Virus record (IMG/VR): IMGVR_UViG_3300015050_001523 | Coordinates: 160,001 to 224,000 of that record | DNA: 64,000 nt | Source of the DNA: a virus | Lineage: Duplodnaviria; Caudoviricetes | Direction: 5' to 3' (one strand) | Part shown: piece by piece, positions 45,843 to 55,226 of the stretch | Layout: the number at the start of each line of letters is the position of its first letter | How positions within the stretch are numbered: the first letter of the stretch is position 1 | Made by a program: the position numbers and the translations under genes | The notes under the pieces: generated by a model | Told to the model about the DNA's origin: nothing | The model's input: only the letters and a program-made list of their open reading frames with translations | Databases searched by the model: none

Positions 45843-46107
45843 AATTTAAAAGAATTGTTTTTAGAGATTTCATTTTTTTATTCTCTTTCCAGAAATCTTC
45901 TTCAGAAAATCTTTTTCCATTTAAAAAATAAGCTTTAAATTCATCTTCATCAATGGCAGGCCCATCTTCTCTATGAAGCTTTCCATGAATATAATATCGT
46001 TTACATCCATCTGGCCATTCGCAAGCAGGACCATCTTCTCGATGGAAAAGGCCATTTAAATAATATTGTTTGGTTCCAAATTGATTAATATTTAATCCGT
46101 TTTTCAT
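45823..46107 (-). CDS. HREDGPA-repeat protein, paralog 7
   Basis: FHREDGPAC, LHREDGPAI, EEDFWKENKKMKSL. Confidence 0.8.
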   Translation of the reverse strand: MKNGLNINQFGTKQYYLNGLFHREDGPACEWPDGCKRYYIHGKLHREDGPAIDEDEFKAYFLNGKRFSEEDFWKENKKMKSLKTILLNYARSIK

Positions 46108-46331
46108 TATTTATCCTTTCGTCTTGAGATTCTTCCTTTCGATGGATCATATGGAGAGACTTCAACAGTTACAAGATCTCCTAAAACAATGCGTATATGA
46201 TTCTCACGCATTTTTCCAGAGAGATGAGCAATAATTACTTGCTCATTATCAAGAGATTCTGTTCGAAATTTGCCATTCGATAAAACCTCAGTAACTTTAC
46301 ATGAGAGTGGAATTAAATCTTCTTTAGACAT
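46107..46331 (-). CDS. infA: Translation initiation factor IF-1
   Basis: MSKED...VTEVLSNGKF...IIAHLSGKMRENHIRIVLGDLVTVEVSPYD.SKGRI. Confidence 0.9.
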   Translation of the reverse strand: MSKEDLIPLSCKVTEVLSNGKFRTESLDNEQVIIAHLSGKMRENHIRIVLGDLVTVEVSPYDPSKGRISRRKDK

Positions 46332-46371
46332 TGTAGTCCATGCTACCACAGCTACACAAACTAAGCAACAT

Positions 46372-46638
46372 CTAGTTTTTACTTTCAATATAAATATTCT
46401 TTATTATGGTTGCATCAATCTTGTCTAGTAGAATTTCATTATATAGTGAAATTTTTTTACCTATTAAGACCTCATATATTTCTTGCTTTTCTTTATTTTC
46501 AAAAGAATGAATAAATCCAATAAAACGAATTACCATTCCAATTCTATGAGATTTGAAAATTCGTCTAACATAGGCAAATTCACCAGGTTTAAATTTTTTG
46601 CCAGATTTTGCTTCAATAAATTCCAAATAAAACTCCAA
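46372..46638 (-). CDS. Hypothetical protein
   Basis: 88-aa ORF. Confidence 0.4.
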   Translation of the reverse strand: MEFYLEFIEAKSGKKFKPGEFAYVRRIFKSHRIGMVIRFIGFIHSFENKEKQEIYEVLIGKKISLYNEILLDKIDATIIKNIYIESKN

Positions 46639-46640
46639 AA

Positions 46641-46664
46641 AAAAGGATGCAAAAGCATCCTTTT
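46641..46664. terminator. Bidirectional-type terminator hairpin
   Basis: AAAAGGATGC-AAAA-GCATCCTTTT. Confidence 0.65.
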
Positions 46665-46686
46665 AAGTCTATCACACTTATTTGAT

Positions 46687-46938
46687 TTAGCCAGCATCAA
46701 CTACGTCAAAGTGTCGAACCAAAACCTCATATAAGGTTCGAGCATTTCGACCGTCGAAACTTACAGTCCGACGGCGGCCATTTTGTTCATAATTGATTGA
46801 TAGCTCGGTTGGGCGATGACGACCACTATCAGGTGATGTAATGTTTACATCAAAGTTTGGAAGGCTTCCACGAGGGGTGCCAGTTGTAAATGTATTTACG
46901 CTACCACTTTCAGTATTTTGATTAATTCTTTTACTCAT
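46687..46938 (-). CDS. Hypothetical protein
   Basis: 83-aa ORF with GGAG SD. Confidence 0.65.
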   Translation of the reverse strand: MSKRINQNTESGSVNTFTTGTPRGSLPNFDVNITSPDSGRHRPTELSINYEQNGRRRTVSFDGRNARTLYEVLVRHFDVVDAG

Positions 46939-47015
46939 AATTTTCTCCGCCTACATTTCTAGGCTTTGAAATTATTATACATTTCTTAAACTAGTTTTTA
47001 TTTAGTAAATTCAAA

Positions 47016-47885
47016 TTATTTAAAACAATTTTTAATTGAAGAATAAAGCTCTTGTAAGTCTATCGTACTATTCCCAGACATTTGTCCATCATTTACCTCA
47101 ATAACAATCCACCCACCATCTTCACGTTGTGCAATATCTAAAACAAAAAAATTACAGAATTTTGAACATTTCTCAGCTGCTTCATGAACAAAATTTTCAG
47201 CTTCTTGTGTCCATTCAGCATATTCCCATGTTTCTGGGGCACATGCCCAATAATATCCTTTGGCCAAAAGCTTGGATCCTAAAAAGAAACATCTCCATTC
47301 GTTTGTAATGGGAAGTCCATTTATTCCATGGTCAAATGTTCTCAAAGGAATATATTCCCTTACAACCAATCCTTGCTCTCCAATAAATGCATCGTCTAAA
47401 AGTCTTCTTGCAACAATAGAAACATCTTGTTTTGTTTTTGCAAACATATGAGTATTCCATTTCCATTTTCTAGAGTTTGTACGACCCTTTACAATAAAAG
47501 ACATATTATCTGGTAACCGAGACCAAGTTGACCAACTTTTGGGAGTTAGCCCATCAAGAACACCAGGAATGCCTAAGTCTTGATCTCCGCTCCAGGCCAT
47601 AACGTCTGCAATCCATTGATGTTGAATGTGATTATTAATCAAACAGCTATCATTTAAGGCTAACTCTTCTTCAAGTTCTTTATACCAAGGAAGAACACTG
47701 TATCTCCCAATAACTAAAGAATTGTTTGGAATTTCTGTTCGATATTTTTTAACGGAAGGACCAAATACTGAATTACAAATAATAAATTCTTCTTCTGTAT
47801 CTCGATCTTCTCGAAACAAGATTACTGGTTGTTTTGTAATTTCGTTATCTTCCGGCATTTCAAAAGGATTTATTTTTTTTGACAT
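47016..47885 (-). CDS. ATP-grasp fold protein (R2K/DUF4343-like)
   Basis: FIVKG, VVREYI, EWRCFF, VLDIA...WIVIEVNDGQMSG. Confidence 0.75.
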   Translation of the reverse strand: MSKKINPFEMPEDNEITKQPVILFREDRDTEEEFIICNSVFGPSVKKYRTEIPNNSLVIGRYSVLPWYKELEEELALNDSCLINNHIQHQWIADVMAWSGDQDLGIPGVLDGLTPKSWSTWSRLPDNMSFIVKGRTNSRKWKWNTHMFAKTKQDVSIVARRLLDDAFIGEQGLVVREYIPLRTFDHGINGLPITNEWRCFFLGSKLLAKGYYWACAPETWEYAEWTQEAENFVHEAAEKCSKFCNFFVLDIAQREDGGWIVIEVNDGQMSGNSTIDLQELYSSIKNCFK

Positions 47886-47924
47886 TTAAATTAACGATCT
47901 CTATATTTTATTATATCATTTATT

Positions 47925-48305
47925 GTGGGCATCCGCAAGGGACAAAAAACATTTCGAAAAAAGATTGTTGTCGGCGCGAAAAGATGTGAGGCAACATTAT
48001 CTTCTCTAGTTTTTGCAACAGATGCTTGTCATATTAAACCATATTCTGTTTGTGATGAATTTGAAAAAGAAGATCCTAATAATGCAATATTATTGCTTTC
48101 TTCTATCCATAGGGTTTTTGATAATGGCTATATAACTTTTGATGATAATGGAAAGATTATTATTAGTGAAGATTTAGACAAATGGGAATGGAGATGCCTT
48201 GGAATCTCTGGTTCTGAACAAATAAGAATGCCAGGAAAAAGAAAAGACTATATGAAATATCATAGAGAAATGATATTTCGAGATAAAAACAATTTAGTAG
48301 TATAG
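47925..48305 (+). CDS. HNH endonuclease (HNH_2-like)
   Basis: DACHIKPY, NAILL..SIHRVFDNGYITF. Confidence 0.75.
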   Translation: MGIRKGQKTFRKKIVVGAKRCEATLSSLVFATDACHIKPYSVCDEFEKEDPNNAILLLSSIHRVFDNGYITFDDNGKIIISEDLDKWEWRCLGISGSEQIRMPGKRKDYMKYHREMIFRDKNNLVV

Positions 48306-48312
48306 GTATTAA

Positions 48313-48969
48313 ATGGATCAAATGACAAAAACTCAATCATTTAGAGAAGAATATAAGAAAAAAAAGTCATATATCTTATCTGGGAGTTTTTATTTTTTGT
48401 TAGTAATAATTGGAAGTTTGTTTCTTTCTATTTTTTCATTATTTTTTATTAGTAATTTACATCTATTAGAATTAATGATTGTTCCAATAGCCTTATTTGC
48501 TTCTAATTTTGTTGAATATTCATTTCATCGTTGGCCGATGCACCATAAGAGATTTTTTATATTTGAAAAAATGTACAAGACACATAGCGGACAACATCAC
48601 AGATATTTTACAAATGAATATATGGATATAGAGTGTGACAAAGATAGACGAGAAGTATTCGCAAAGTGGTTTACTGTTTTTTTATTGATTTTTTTAATTG
48701 TTTTACCAATCTCTATTTTTTGTTTTTTATTATTTGGTCAAAATATTGGAATATTATTTTTTGCTACATGCATAACATATTATGGAATATATGAATCAAT
48801 TCATTGTATAGTCCACCACCCAGATAATCATTTTTTATTGAAAATTCCATTTATGAAATTGGCAAAAAAACATCATAAAGCCCATCATGATACAAAAATT
48901 ATGAGAAATTATAATTTCAATATTGGACTTCCAATGATGGATATTATTTTTAATACATTAAAAAAATAA
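48313..48969 (+). CDS. Fatty acid hydroxylase / sterol desaturase family membrane enzyme
   Basis: His boxes EYSFHRWPMH, HSGQHH, YESIHCIVHH, HHKAHH; transmembrane segments. Confidence 0.85.
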   Translation: MDQMTKTQSFREEYKKKKSYILSGSFYFLLVIIGSLFLSIFSLFFISNLHLLELMIVPIALFASNFVEYSFHRWPMHHKRFFIFEKMYKTHSGQHHRYFTNEYMDIECDKDRREVFAKWFTVFLLIFLIVLPISIFCFLLFGQNIGILFFATCITYYGIYESIHCIVHHPDNHFLLKIPFMKLAKKHHKAHHDTKIMRNYNFNIGLPMMDIIFNTLKK

Positions 48970-48990
48970 AGCACCAATTATGGTGCTTTA
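48967..48990. terminator. Terminator between convergent genes
   Basis: TAAAGCACCA-ATTA-TGGTGCTTTA. Confidence 0.55.
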
Positions 48991-49012
48991 TTTGAAAAAA
49001 GGAAAAAAATAT

Positions 49013-49216
49013 TTATTTTAAAGAGTCGTCTTCTTCTTTGATTTCGATATTGTTGAGGGCGTCCTCTTCATTACCGTCTTCTTTTTTCTCTTTCTTCTCT
49101 TTCTGTTCTTTGATTTTTTCGCGTAACATGTCAATACCGTCATCTGCAAGCTTTTTTCCTGCGGTCCATCCGGCTCCTGACAAGACTCCTTTAATTAATT
49201 GAGAAAATAATGACAT
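49013..49216 (-). CDS. Hypothetical protein
   Basis: 67 aa, AGGAG SD, TTGCAT-17-TAGATT promoter. Confidence 0.6.
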   Translation of the reverse strand: MSLFSQLIKGVLSGAGWTAGKKLADDGIDMLREKIKEQKEKKEKKEDGNEEDALNNIEIKEEDDSLK

Positions 49217-49275
49217 ATGATTTTAAATCTCCTTCTATAATCTAGCATGTTTTCAGTTGACATGCAACAAGATTT

Positions 49276-49470
49276 TCACTGCACATTCTCGCAAAGAAAA
49301 TAGGCAATTTCATTTCCTTTATCTGTTGCTTCGAATGTAGCAAATGGGGCTTTTCTTAATAAAAATTCATTATATGGTTGATTATACAATAATAAAATTA
49401 AATTATTTTTAATTTTTGTTTTTATTATTGTATTTCCATTTACTTCATCAACAGCTAATATCTCTATCAT
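49276..49470 (-). CDS. Hypothetical protein
   Basis: 64-aa ORF. Confidence 0.45.
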   Translation of the reverse strand: MIEILAVDEVNGNTIIKTKIKNNLILLLYNQPYNEFLLRKAPFATFEATDKGNEIAYFLCENVQ

Positions 49471-50288
49471 TTACCTATATATGCTTCTTTATCAATAATT
49501 ATATCAATTTTATGATTTGGAAAATAATTTATTATTTTTTCATATCGCTTACAGGTTTTATTTTTTATTAACTCTAAAATTAGATTCTTCTGTGAAATAC
49601 TTTCTGCTCTTATTGTTAATTTTTTTTCGTTATAATCTCTAAGAAAGTCTACTGATTCAAAAGTATAAAAACCAGGATTTTTCATTTGATCTTCATATAA
49701 TTCATCATAATTGCTGCCCCAATTTTTAAGTTGGCATCCTATTTTACATATTCCAAAATCAAAAGAATTAAAAACATACCTTACAAAATCTGGCATGTTT
49801 TTATTATATTTATTAGGAGTTCGTATTTTAGAGTCTTTTTTCATTTGTATAAATTGAATATCCATTCCTAAAATATTTAAAGAAATAACATTCTCAATAT
49901 TTTGACTTTGTAAATATTCATTTGCATTTGCCTCATCTATTGAATCGAATATATCTTCTAATGATTTTGTTGGGTTGTTTTCAACTAGAAGAGTTCGTAT
50001 ATCAAGGCCATCACTTGAAACTCCATATGATAAAGATTTAGTTACTTCTTTAGTATCAACATCTGTAAAAGTATTTTTTAATTTTTCAAGATTAATTGGT
50101 TCATAGACATAAATGTCTAAATCTCTTGCTGGAATTTTGTAGTGCCAATTTCGTGGGGCACCACCAGCCAACAGTCCATTATTGTCATTGTCTTCCAAAA
50201 ATTTTAGAATTTCTCTAGCAATAGATTGCTGTTCTTTTATTATTTTAGTATTATTTTTATAATTTGTAGCTATATTTTCTAGTTTCAT
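49467..50288 (-). CDS. Nucleotidyltransferase, CCA-adding/poly(A) polymerase head-like, paralog 1
   Basis: LAGGAPRNW, ARDLDIYV, DIQFI, FDFGICK. Confidence 0.75.
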   Translation of the reverse strand: MKLENIATNYKNNTKIIKEQQSIAREILKFLEDNDNNGLLAGGAPRNWHYKIPARDLDIYVYEPINLEKLKNTFTDVDTKEVTKSLSYGVSSDGLDIRTLLVENNPTKSLEDIFDSIDEANANEYLQSQNIENVISLNILGMDIQFIQMKKDSKIRTPNKYNKNMPDFVRYVFNSFDFGICKIGCQLKNWGSNYDELYEDQMKNPGFYTFESVDFLRDYNEKKLTIRAESISQKNLILELIKNKTCKRYEKIINYFPNHKIDIIIDKEAYIGK

Positions 50289-50290
50289 TT

Positions 50291-50524
50291 TTATTCCTTT
50301 ATTTTATAAAATGATTCTGTTTTTTGCAATTCGGCAGTTCGGCAGGAGCAGTCACCAGGCGTAATTCTTGTTGGTTTATGTGGTATTTTTAAGGCAGAAA
50401 AAAATCTATGTTTTAAATATTCAATGTCTTCATCTTCGTCGGTAGCATCACGCTCCATATGTTCTTCGCCATCACAAGGAGTCAGCGGGGTGTGTAGGTA
50501 TTTTTCTTGGTTGTAAGGATTCAT
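50291..50524 (-). CDS. Hypothetical protein
   Basis: 77-aa ORF. Confidence 0.4.
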   Translation of the reverse strand: MNPYNQEKYLHTPLTPCDGEEHMERDATDEDEDIEYLKHRFFSALKIPHKPTRITPGDCSCRTAELQKTESFYKIKE

Positions 50525-51830
50525 TATTAGTTTGGGATTTTACCTTTGTTATCTCTAAAAAATTACTTCTAAAGTTTTTATTTTTTAGTTTTTTCTTTTT
50601 TCTATTTGATTTTATTGGTTCTGTTTGAGGATTTGGATTGACAAAATTTGATTCAGTCAATGACTTTCTTTCAATTTCATAAATCCTATTTTCCATATCG
50701 TCAAGCTCAAGCCTTGCCTGTTCTCTTCCCATTACTTTTTTTACTGTTTTATAATTCTGAATATATGCAATAGGCCAACTTGACATTTTTTCGGCTAAAT
50801 CAAAATCTTCTTCATCTAGCATTCCGGCAACCACTTCTGGGTCCAACCTATTTATTTCTATATGGTCGTCAAATCTTCCAACTCTCAACATGGCACCAAT
50901 CATTGAATTTTTATTGTTGCAAGTTGCCATAATGATCTTACAATATTTTCTAGCAGTTTCAAACAACTTTAGTATTGTCTGTTCTCCAATATACCCTCTA
51001 TCAATATCATCAATAATGATAATATCTGGTTGCAAGGCATTTAGTAACATTTCTAAATTTGCCGAAACGCTTATATATGAACCATCAGGCATTGGTTCGT
51101 TCAGAGATGCTAATGAGGCGCGTAAGCTCTTTAGTCCTAATTTCTTTATTATATGCATTGCTGCACTACTTTTGCCCGTTCCTGGTGGACCCTCAAGTAA
51201 ATAAGAACGAGTGATTCCATTCTCTCCATATTTTTGGAAAGATACTAATCTCTTTTCAAGTTCTTTCATTGCTCTTGTTTCTATTACTTCAAATCCAAGA
51301 TTCTCATCTGAAGGTACAAGTTCTCCAATTTTATCTAAAGTAATATTATTTGTTCCACTTGTAATCCATAATAATTTTCCAATTTCTGCTATTAAATTTT
51401 CTCTATCTTCAATTTTACAAAAAGATCTTTCTTTTGCTGTGTCTTTTTTTATCCAATAGACTTCAACCCCAGACAAAGCTCCTCTATTTAATGAAATTTT
51501 ATCATTAACAAGAAGAGTTTCTTCTTCTTGAATAAATTGAAATAATGTTTTTTCTAATGAATACGGAACTATATAATGAATTTTTGGATCAAAAAATGAT
51601 TGAGGATCTGTTGTATTTAATTTTAATATTTCATCATAAATTCTCAAACTAACATTTGTTAAGGTAGCACCTATACTAAAATAATCTAGTTTTTTAGGCT
51701 TATCTTTTACTAATAAAAGAGTTGAAGCTATTGATGATGTTATATCAATTACTTTTCTAATTCCTGAAATAATATTTTTATTGCGACTTCTTTTTTTATG
51801 ATTTGAAACTAAATTATCAATATTTTTCAT
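50472..51830 (-). CDS. AAA+ ATPase, paralog of 7639..8754
   Basis: GPPGTGKS, IIIDDID, RVGRFD, shared PIAYI motif. Confidence 0.85.
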   Translation of the reverse strand: MKNIDNLVSNHKKRSRNKNIISGIRKVIDITSSIASTLLLVKDKPKKLDYFSIGATLTNVSLRIYDEILKLNTTDPQSFFDPKIHYIVPYSLEKTLFQFIQEEETLLVNDKISLNRGALSGVEVYWIKKDTAKERSFCKIEDRENLIAEIGKLLWITSGTNNITLDKIGELVPSDENLGFEVIETRAMKELEKRLVSFQKYGENGITRSYLLEGPPGTGKSSAAMHIIKKLGLKSLRASLASLNEPMPDGSYISVSANLEMLLNALQPDIIIIDDIDRGYIGEQTILKLFETARKYCKIIMATCNNKNSMIGAMLRVGRFDDHIEINRLDPEVVAGMLDEEDFDLAEKMSSWPIAYIQNYKTVKKVMGREQARLELDDMENRIYEIERKSLTESNFVNPNPQTEPIKSNRKKKKLKNKNFRSNFLEITKVKSQTNNESLQPRKIPTHPADSL

Positions 51831-51833
51831 TTG

Positions 51834-52412
51834 TTATGGCATACTTTCTATTTTTTTAGAGAGATAAATATTTTCATCACTATCTACCATTTTAATTCGA
51901 TCAAATATTAATTTAAAATCTAAACTTTCTTTTGGAATAGATAAAGATTCTAAATCATCAGCATCTCCATAAAATAAAGCAAGATGTGAAATAAATTTTG
52001 GATATGTAGAAGCAGGTCCATTGTTGGTCTTGACTAATTTATCAATAATATCAAATAAGTCATCAATTTCCTTAGACTTTAATAATAAAGAAAGGCTATC
52101 TCCAAGAATATCTATTTTAGAAATATTTGCATCAAATTGATTCTCAAATTTTGTTTTGCTTAGGTCAGAAAGTATTTTTTTCTGATTTCCAATTTTTGAT
52201 TCCCACCATCTAATTGTTAGATGCAACTCTTCTTCAGGTAATTCAAAAATATTTGATATATTATTTTCTTTTTTTATTTTATTTCTATAAGAAACAATAT
52301 CAGATATTGTTTCTTTCGTTGGATATAACGCTATCATCATAGATTCTTCTTTTTTTGAATCTTTTGATTCCGTTACCAAGTAATTAATAAATTTTCTTAA
52401 TAGATTGCTCAT
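51834..52412 (-). CDS. 2H phosphoesterase (2'-5' RNA ligase-like)
   Basis: ELHLTI and SHLALFY paired His motifs. Confidence 0.65.
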   Translation of the reverse strand: MSNLLRKFINYLVTESKDSKKEESMMIALYPTKETISDIVSYRNKIKKENNISNIFELPEEELHLTIRWWESKIGNQKKILSDLSKTKFENQFDANISKIDILGDSLSLLLKSKEIDDLFDIIDKLVKTNNGPASTYPKFISHLALFYGDADDLESLSIPKESLDFKLIFDRIKMVDSDENIYLSKKIESMP

Positions 52413-52413
52413 A

Positions 52414-53094
52414 TTATATAGAAATTCTCATGCGATGATCTGGGAATAACTCCTCCATTTTTTCAAATCTTGAAACAAGTTTTTCCATGCCTTTTGAATT
52501 ATTTCTTTTTAATTGACTAATATTGACTGTAAGTGTTTTATTCTTTTTGTCTAATTCAAACATTTTTGAATTATAAAAATTTCCATTTTTATCCATTGCA
52601 GTCATGCATATTCCAAAATCATATGTTTTAAAAATTAAACGTGAGAAAGATTCTATATCTTTAATTTCACTACTATCTCCATCTATAATAATTAATTGAC
52701 AATCTTGACTATTAGAATTATTTAATTCATAAATTTTAGGAACTGAAAAATTATATAAATGACTTAAAACAAGTCCACTGTAAACATTTGAACTTGCTTG
52801 AACTTTCGCCTCATTAGGACCCAATTCTCCATATGTTGCTACAACACCTTCTAAAGACTTTAGTGTTTGTTTTTCAATTTCGTCTTTTCTAAACTCATCT
52901 CCATCATTATCAATTAACTTGCAAACATATATATCTAAATCTTTTGCAAGTTTTCCAAATTGCCAATTTCGTGGAGCGCCTCCTGCCAAAAGAACAAAAT
53001 CAAAATTATTTGAGACATCTTTAAGAATATTTAATGCTTGCTGTTTTTGAAAGTTTATTGCTTCAATGTTTTCAAATGCTTGAAATATTTTCAT
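52414..53094 (-). CDS. Nucleotidyltransferase, CCA-adding/poly(A) polymerase head-like, paralog 2
   Basis: LAGGAPRNW, AKDLDIYV, DCQLI, YDFGICM. Confidence 0.75.
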   Translation of the reverse strand: MKIFQAFENIEAINFQKQQALNILKDVSNNFDFVLLAGGAPRNWQFGKLAKDLDIYVCKLIDNDGDEFRKDEIEKQTLKSLEGVVATYGELGPNEAKVQASSNVYSGLVLSHLYNFSVPKIYELNNSNSQDCQLIIIDGDSSEIKDIESFSRLIFKTYDFGICMTAMDKNGNFYNSKMFELDKKNKTLTVNISQLKRNNSKGMEKLVSRFEKMEELFPDHRMRISI

Positions 53095-53124
53095 ATTTCA
53101 AGCATATAATTTTTAATCTAGTTT

Positions 53125-53400
53125 TTATGTAGTTTCTTCTTCTGGTCCTTTGATGGTTTTTACATAAAAAACAGGCTCAACTTCCATAATTACTTTAATC
53201 TCATGAATTTTTGTATCAGGATCGCCAATTTTTCTTACTTTTAGATTCCATTCGGTCTTGCCTTCACAAATAGAATCTATATCTCTTTCTGCAAAATATC
53301 GCGCAGCATCTTCGTGATAATACGCGCTTTCTATTGGCTTATAATCTTTCTCATCTCCATTTTTAGGTTCCCATACATTATAGATACTTGCAATCTGCAT
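53125..53400 (-). CDS. Hypothetical protein
   Basis: 91-aa ORF. Confidence 0.6.
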   Translation of the reverse strand: MQIASIYNVWEPKNGDEKDYKPIESAYYHEDAARYFAERDIDSICEGKTEWNLKVRKIGDPDTKIHEIKVIMEVEPVFYVKTIKGPEEETT

Positions 53401-53402
53401 TA

Positions 53403-53615
53403 TTAATCCTTATCTGATAAAGTTAGAGATTTTGTTTCTCTAACTTTATACATTTTTTCAGCTGTCCATTCATGAAATCTTTCTCCAAGCGGCCTATAAA
53501 TAGCCATTAATGGATGTGCAAAAAAATTATGAATAAATCTCCAAAATGGAGAATAAATTTTTCTTTCAATTCTTTTCCATTTGATTTCTTTATCTTCGTT
53601 ATAATCAAAAAACAT
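53403..53615 (-). CDS. Hypothetical protein
   Basis: WRFIHNFFAHPLM...FHEWT. Confidence 0.6.
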   Translation of the reverse strand: MFFDYNEDKEIKWKRIERKIYSPFWRFIHNFFAHPLMAIYRPLGERFHEWTAEKMYKVRETKSLTLSDKD

Positions 53616-53616
53616 G

Positions 53617-53865
53617 TTATTTTTTCTCCTTTGTTACTTTCTCAAATCTGTTAGCATAATAGCTCCATTCCATATATAAGTTATTGCTTATTCTTACTTG
53701 TATAGAGTCTATTATTTCTAGAATTTCATATTCGTTCCCAAGAATTAATTCTTGGGAGAATAAACCGCTAATATCAACAACTTTTACAATATCGCCAACT
53801 TTTAGATGTTTGATAGCGATGTTAGAAGCTATATCCCTCAATGAATGTAAATGATTATTGTGCAT
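53617..53865 (-). CDS. Hypothetical protein (SH3-like)
   Basis: LKVGDIVKVV...YANRFE. Confidence 0.5.
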   Translation of the reverse strand: MHNNHLHSLRDIASNIAIKHLKVGDIVKVVDISGLFSQELILGNEYEILEIIDSIQVRISNNLYMEWSYYANRFEKVTKEKK

Positions 53866-53902
53866 TTAATCTTTGTAGTATAAAACTTTTTTAAAGTCAA
53901 GG

Positions 53903-54412
53903 TCAATCAGTTAAATTTTTCATTTCTATATTTTTTAATATATTAAATAAATCTATATTGATTGGAGAAAACGGTTCTATTTCTATGCATTTATTTTCAG
54001 AATTATGAATCCATCCTTTCTCTTTTACAAAAGAAACTTCTTCATTGCATTTCCTACATAACGAAGGCATGTTTTCCAAAAGGATAATTTTATCATCGAC
54101 TTTTATATTTTCTACAATAAATTCGGGCTTAACTGTTCCATATGGAGCACCTATGTCATAGTGATATTCTGTAAATAAATACTCATGATTAAATTTATTT
54201 CTTATTCCAATAAATCCTTTATTTTTTTCATTCCACACTCCATATCGAAGATTTCTGGAAAGGATCTTATAAATGCACCTATCTATAAGGTCCTCTATTT
54301 TAATATAATCCATGTCAAAAACATAACATATAAGCGTTCTTCTTGTCAAGAATTTTGATAAAAACTTGAAAAGATTATATATAATTGCTTGAATAAAATA
54401 ATGAATAATCAA
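53903..54412 (-). CDS. Hypothetical protein
   Basis: 169-aa ORF; true start likely internal. Confidence 0.5.
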   Translation of the reverse strand: MIIHYFIQAIIYNLFKFLSKFLTRRTLICYVFDMDYIKIEDLIDRCIYKILSRNLRYGVWNEKNKGFIGIRNKFNHEYLFTEYHYDIGAPYGTVKPEFIVENIKVDDKIILLENMPSLCRKCNEEVSFVKEKGWIHNSENKCIEIEPFSPINIDLFNILKNIEMKNLTD

Positions 54413-54661
54413 AAATATCTACTATTTTCACTATTCCCAGAGACTCTGGCATTAGATTTTGGCTCTATCACAGTATTTCCAAACAAAGGAGAGGCACTAA
54501 GGGCAAAAGCATTTTTAAAGGGATTGAAAATGTTTGCTGTAATCCTTCCAGTTACAATGCTAGAAACCAAAGATGAATTTAAAGATTTATGGATAGAAAG
54601 ATCTAAAAATGACATTTTGGAGGCCATTAAGGCAAAATCAGATATAAATCATTCAATTTGA
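54389..54661 (+). CDS. Hypothetical protein
   Basis: 90-aa ORF. Confidence 0.4.
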   Translation: MNKIMNNQKYLLFSLFPETLALDFGSITVFPNKGEALRAKAFLKGLKMFAVILPVTMLETKDEFKDLWIERSKNDILEAIKAKSDINHSI

Positions 54662-54684
54662 TTTTATAAGATATATTTAGTTTC

Positions 54685-55218
54685 ATGGCTGACGGATTAA
54701 ATGTTTTAGCTTTTAAATTGGATCAAGTTGTTCAGACACAAGAACGAACTGATAAAAAAGTCAGCGTTTTAGCTGATAAAATATTGAATCCAGAGTTTGG
54801 ACTCTCTTCTAAGGTTCAAACAAACAGTATTACAAACTCAAGAAATCGTGAAGATATTGATAAACTATATGAAAGAGTTGAAAAATTACTGTCTGTATGT
54901 GAATCCCATGAAAAAAGTGTCTCTTCTATAGAGGGATGGATGAAAAATCATGAAGAAAGGGACTCAGATTTAAGAAAATCTGTTACAATATTAGCAGACT
55001 CAATAACAAAAAAATTTGAAGAACAAGATAAGGTATTTAAACCAATTCAATTAGAACATATCGTAAGAACTTCAAATAAGGTTTGGAAAGATAAAGTTAT
55101 TTGGCTTATAATTTCAGCATTAATAACAGCATTGGCGCTCCCTCCAGCAATTAGGGCAATTAAAAGCTCATATGGAAATGGAGATTCTATAGAAAAAATA
55201 GAAAAAGTATCAGAATAA
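54685..55218 (+). CDS. Coiled-coil protein with C-terminal transmembrane helix
   Basis: VIWLIISALITALALPP; TATTTA-N5-ATG upstream. Confidence 0.65.
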   Translation: MADGLNVLAFKLDQVVQTQERTDKKVSVLADKILNPEFGLSSKVQTNSITNSRNREDIDKLYERVEKLLSVCESHEKSVSSIEGWMKNHEERDSDLRKSVTILADSITKKFEEQDKVFKPIQLEHIVRTSNKVWKDKVIWLIISALITALALPPAIRAIKSSYGNGDSIEKIEKVSE

Positions 55219-55226
55219 TTAAAAAA

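Noticed and set aside
2857-46107. Diversity-generating retroelement acting on the HREDGPA paralogs
   Set aside because: No reverse transcriptase or template repeat differing only at adenines is seen in this window
46641-46664. Eighth Y-scaffold copy (contains gcatcc)
   Set aside because: It is a simple palindromic terminator with no TTGCCTA partner or TACA motif
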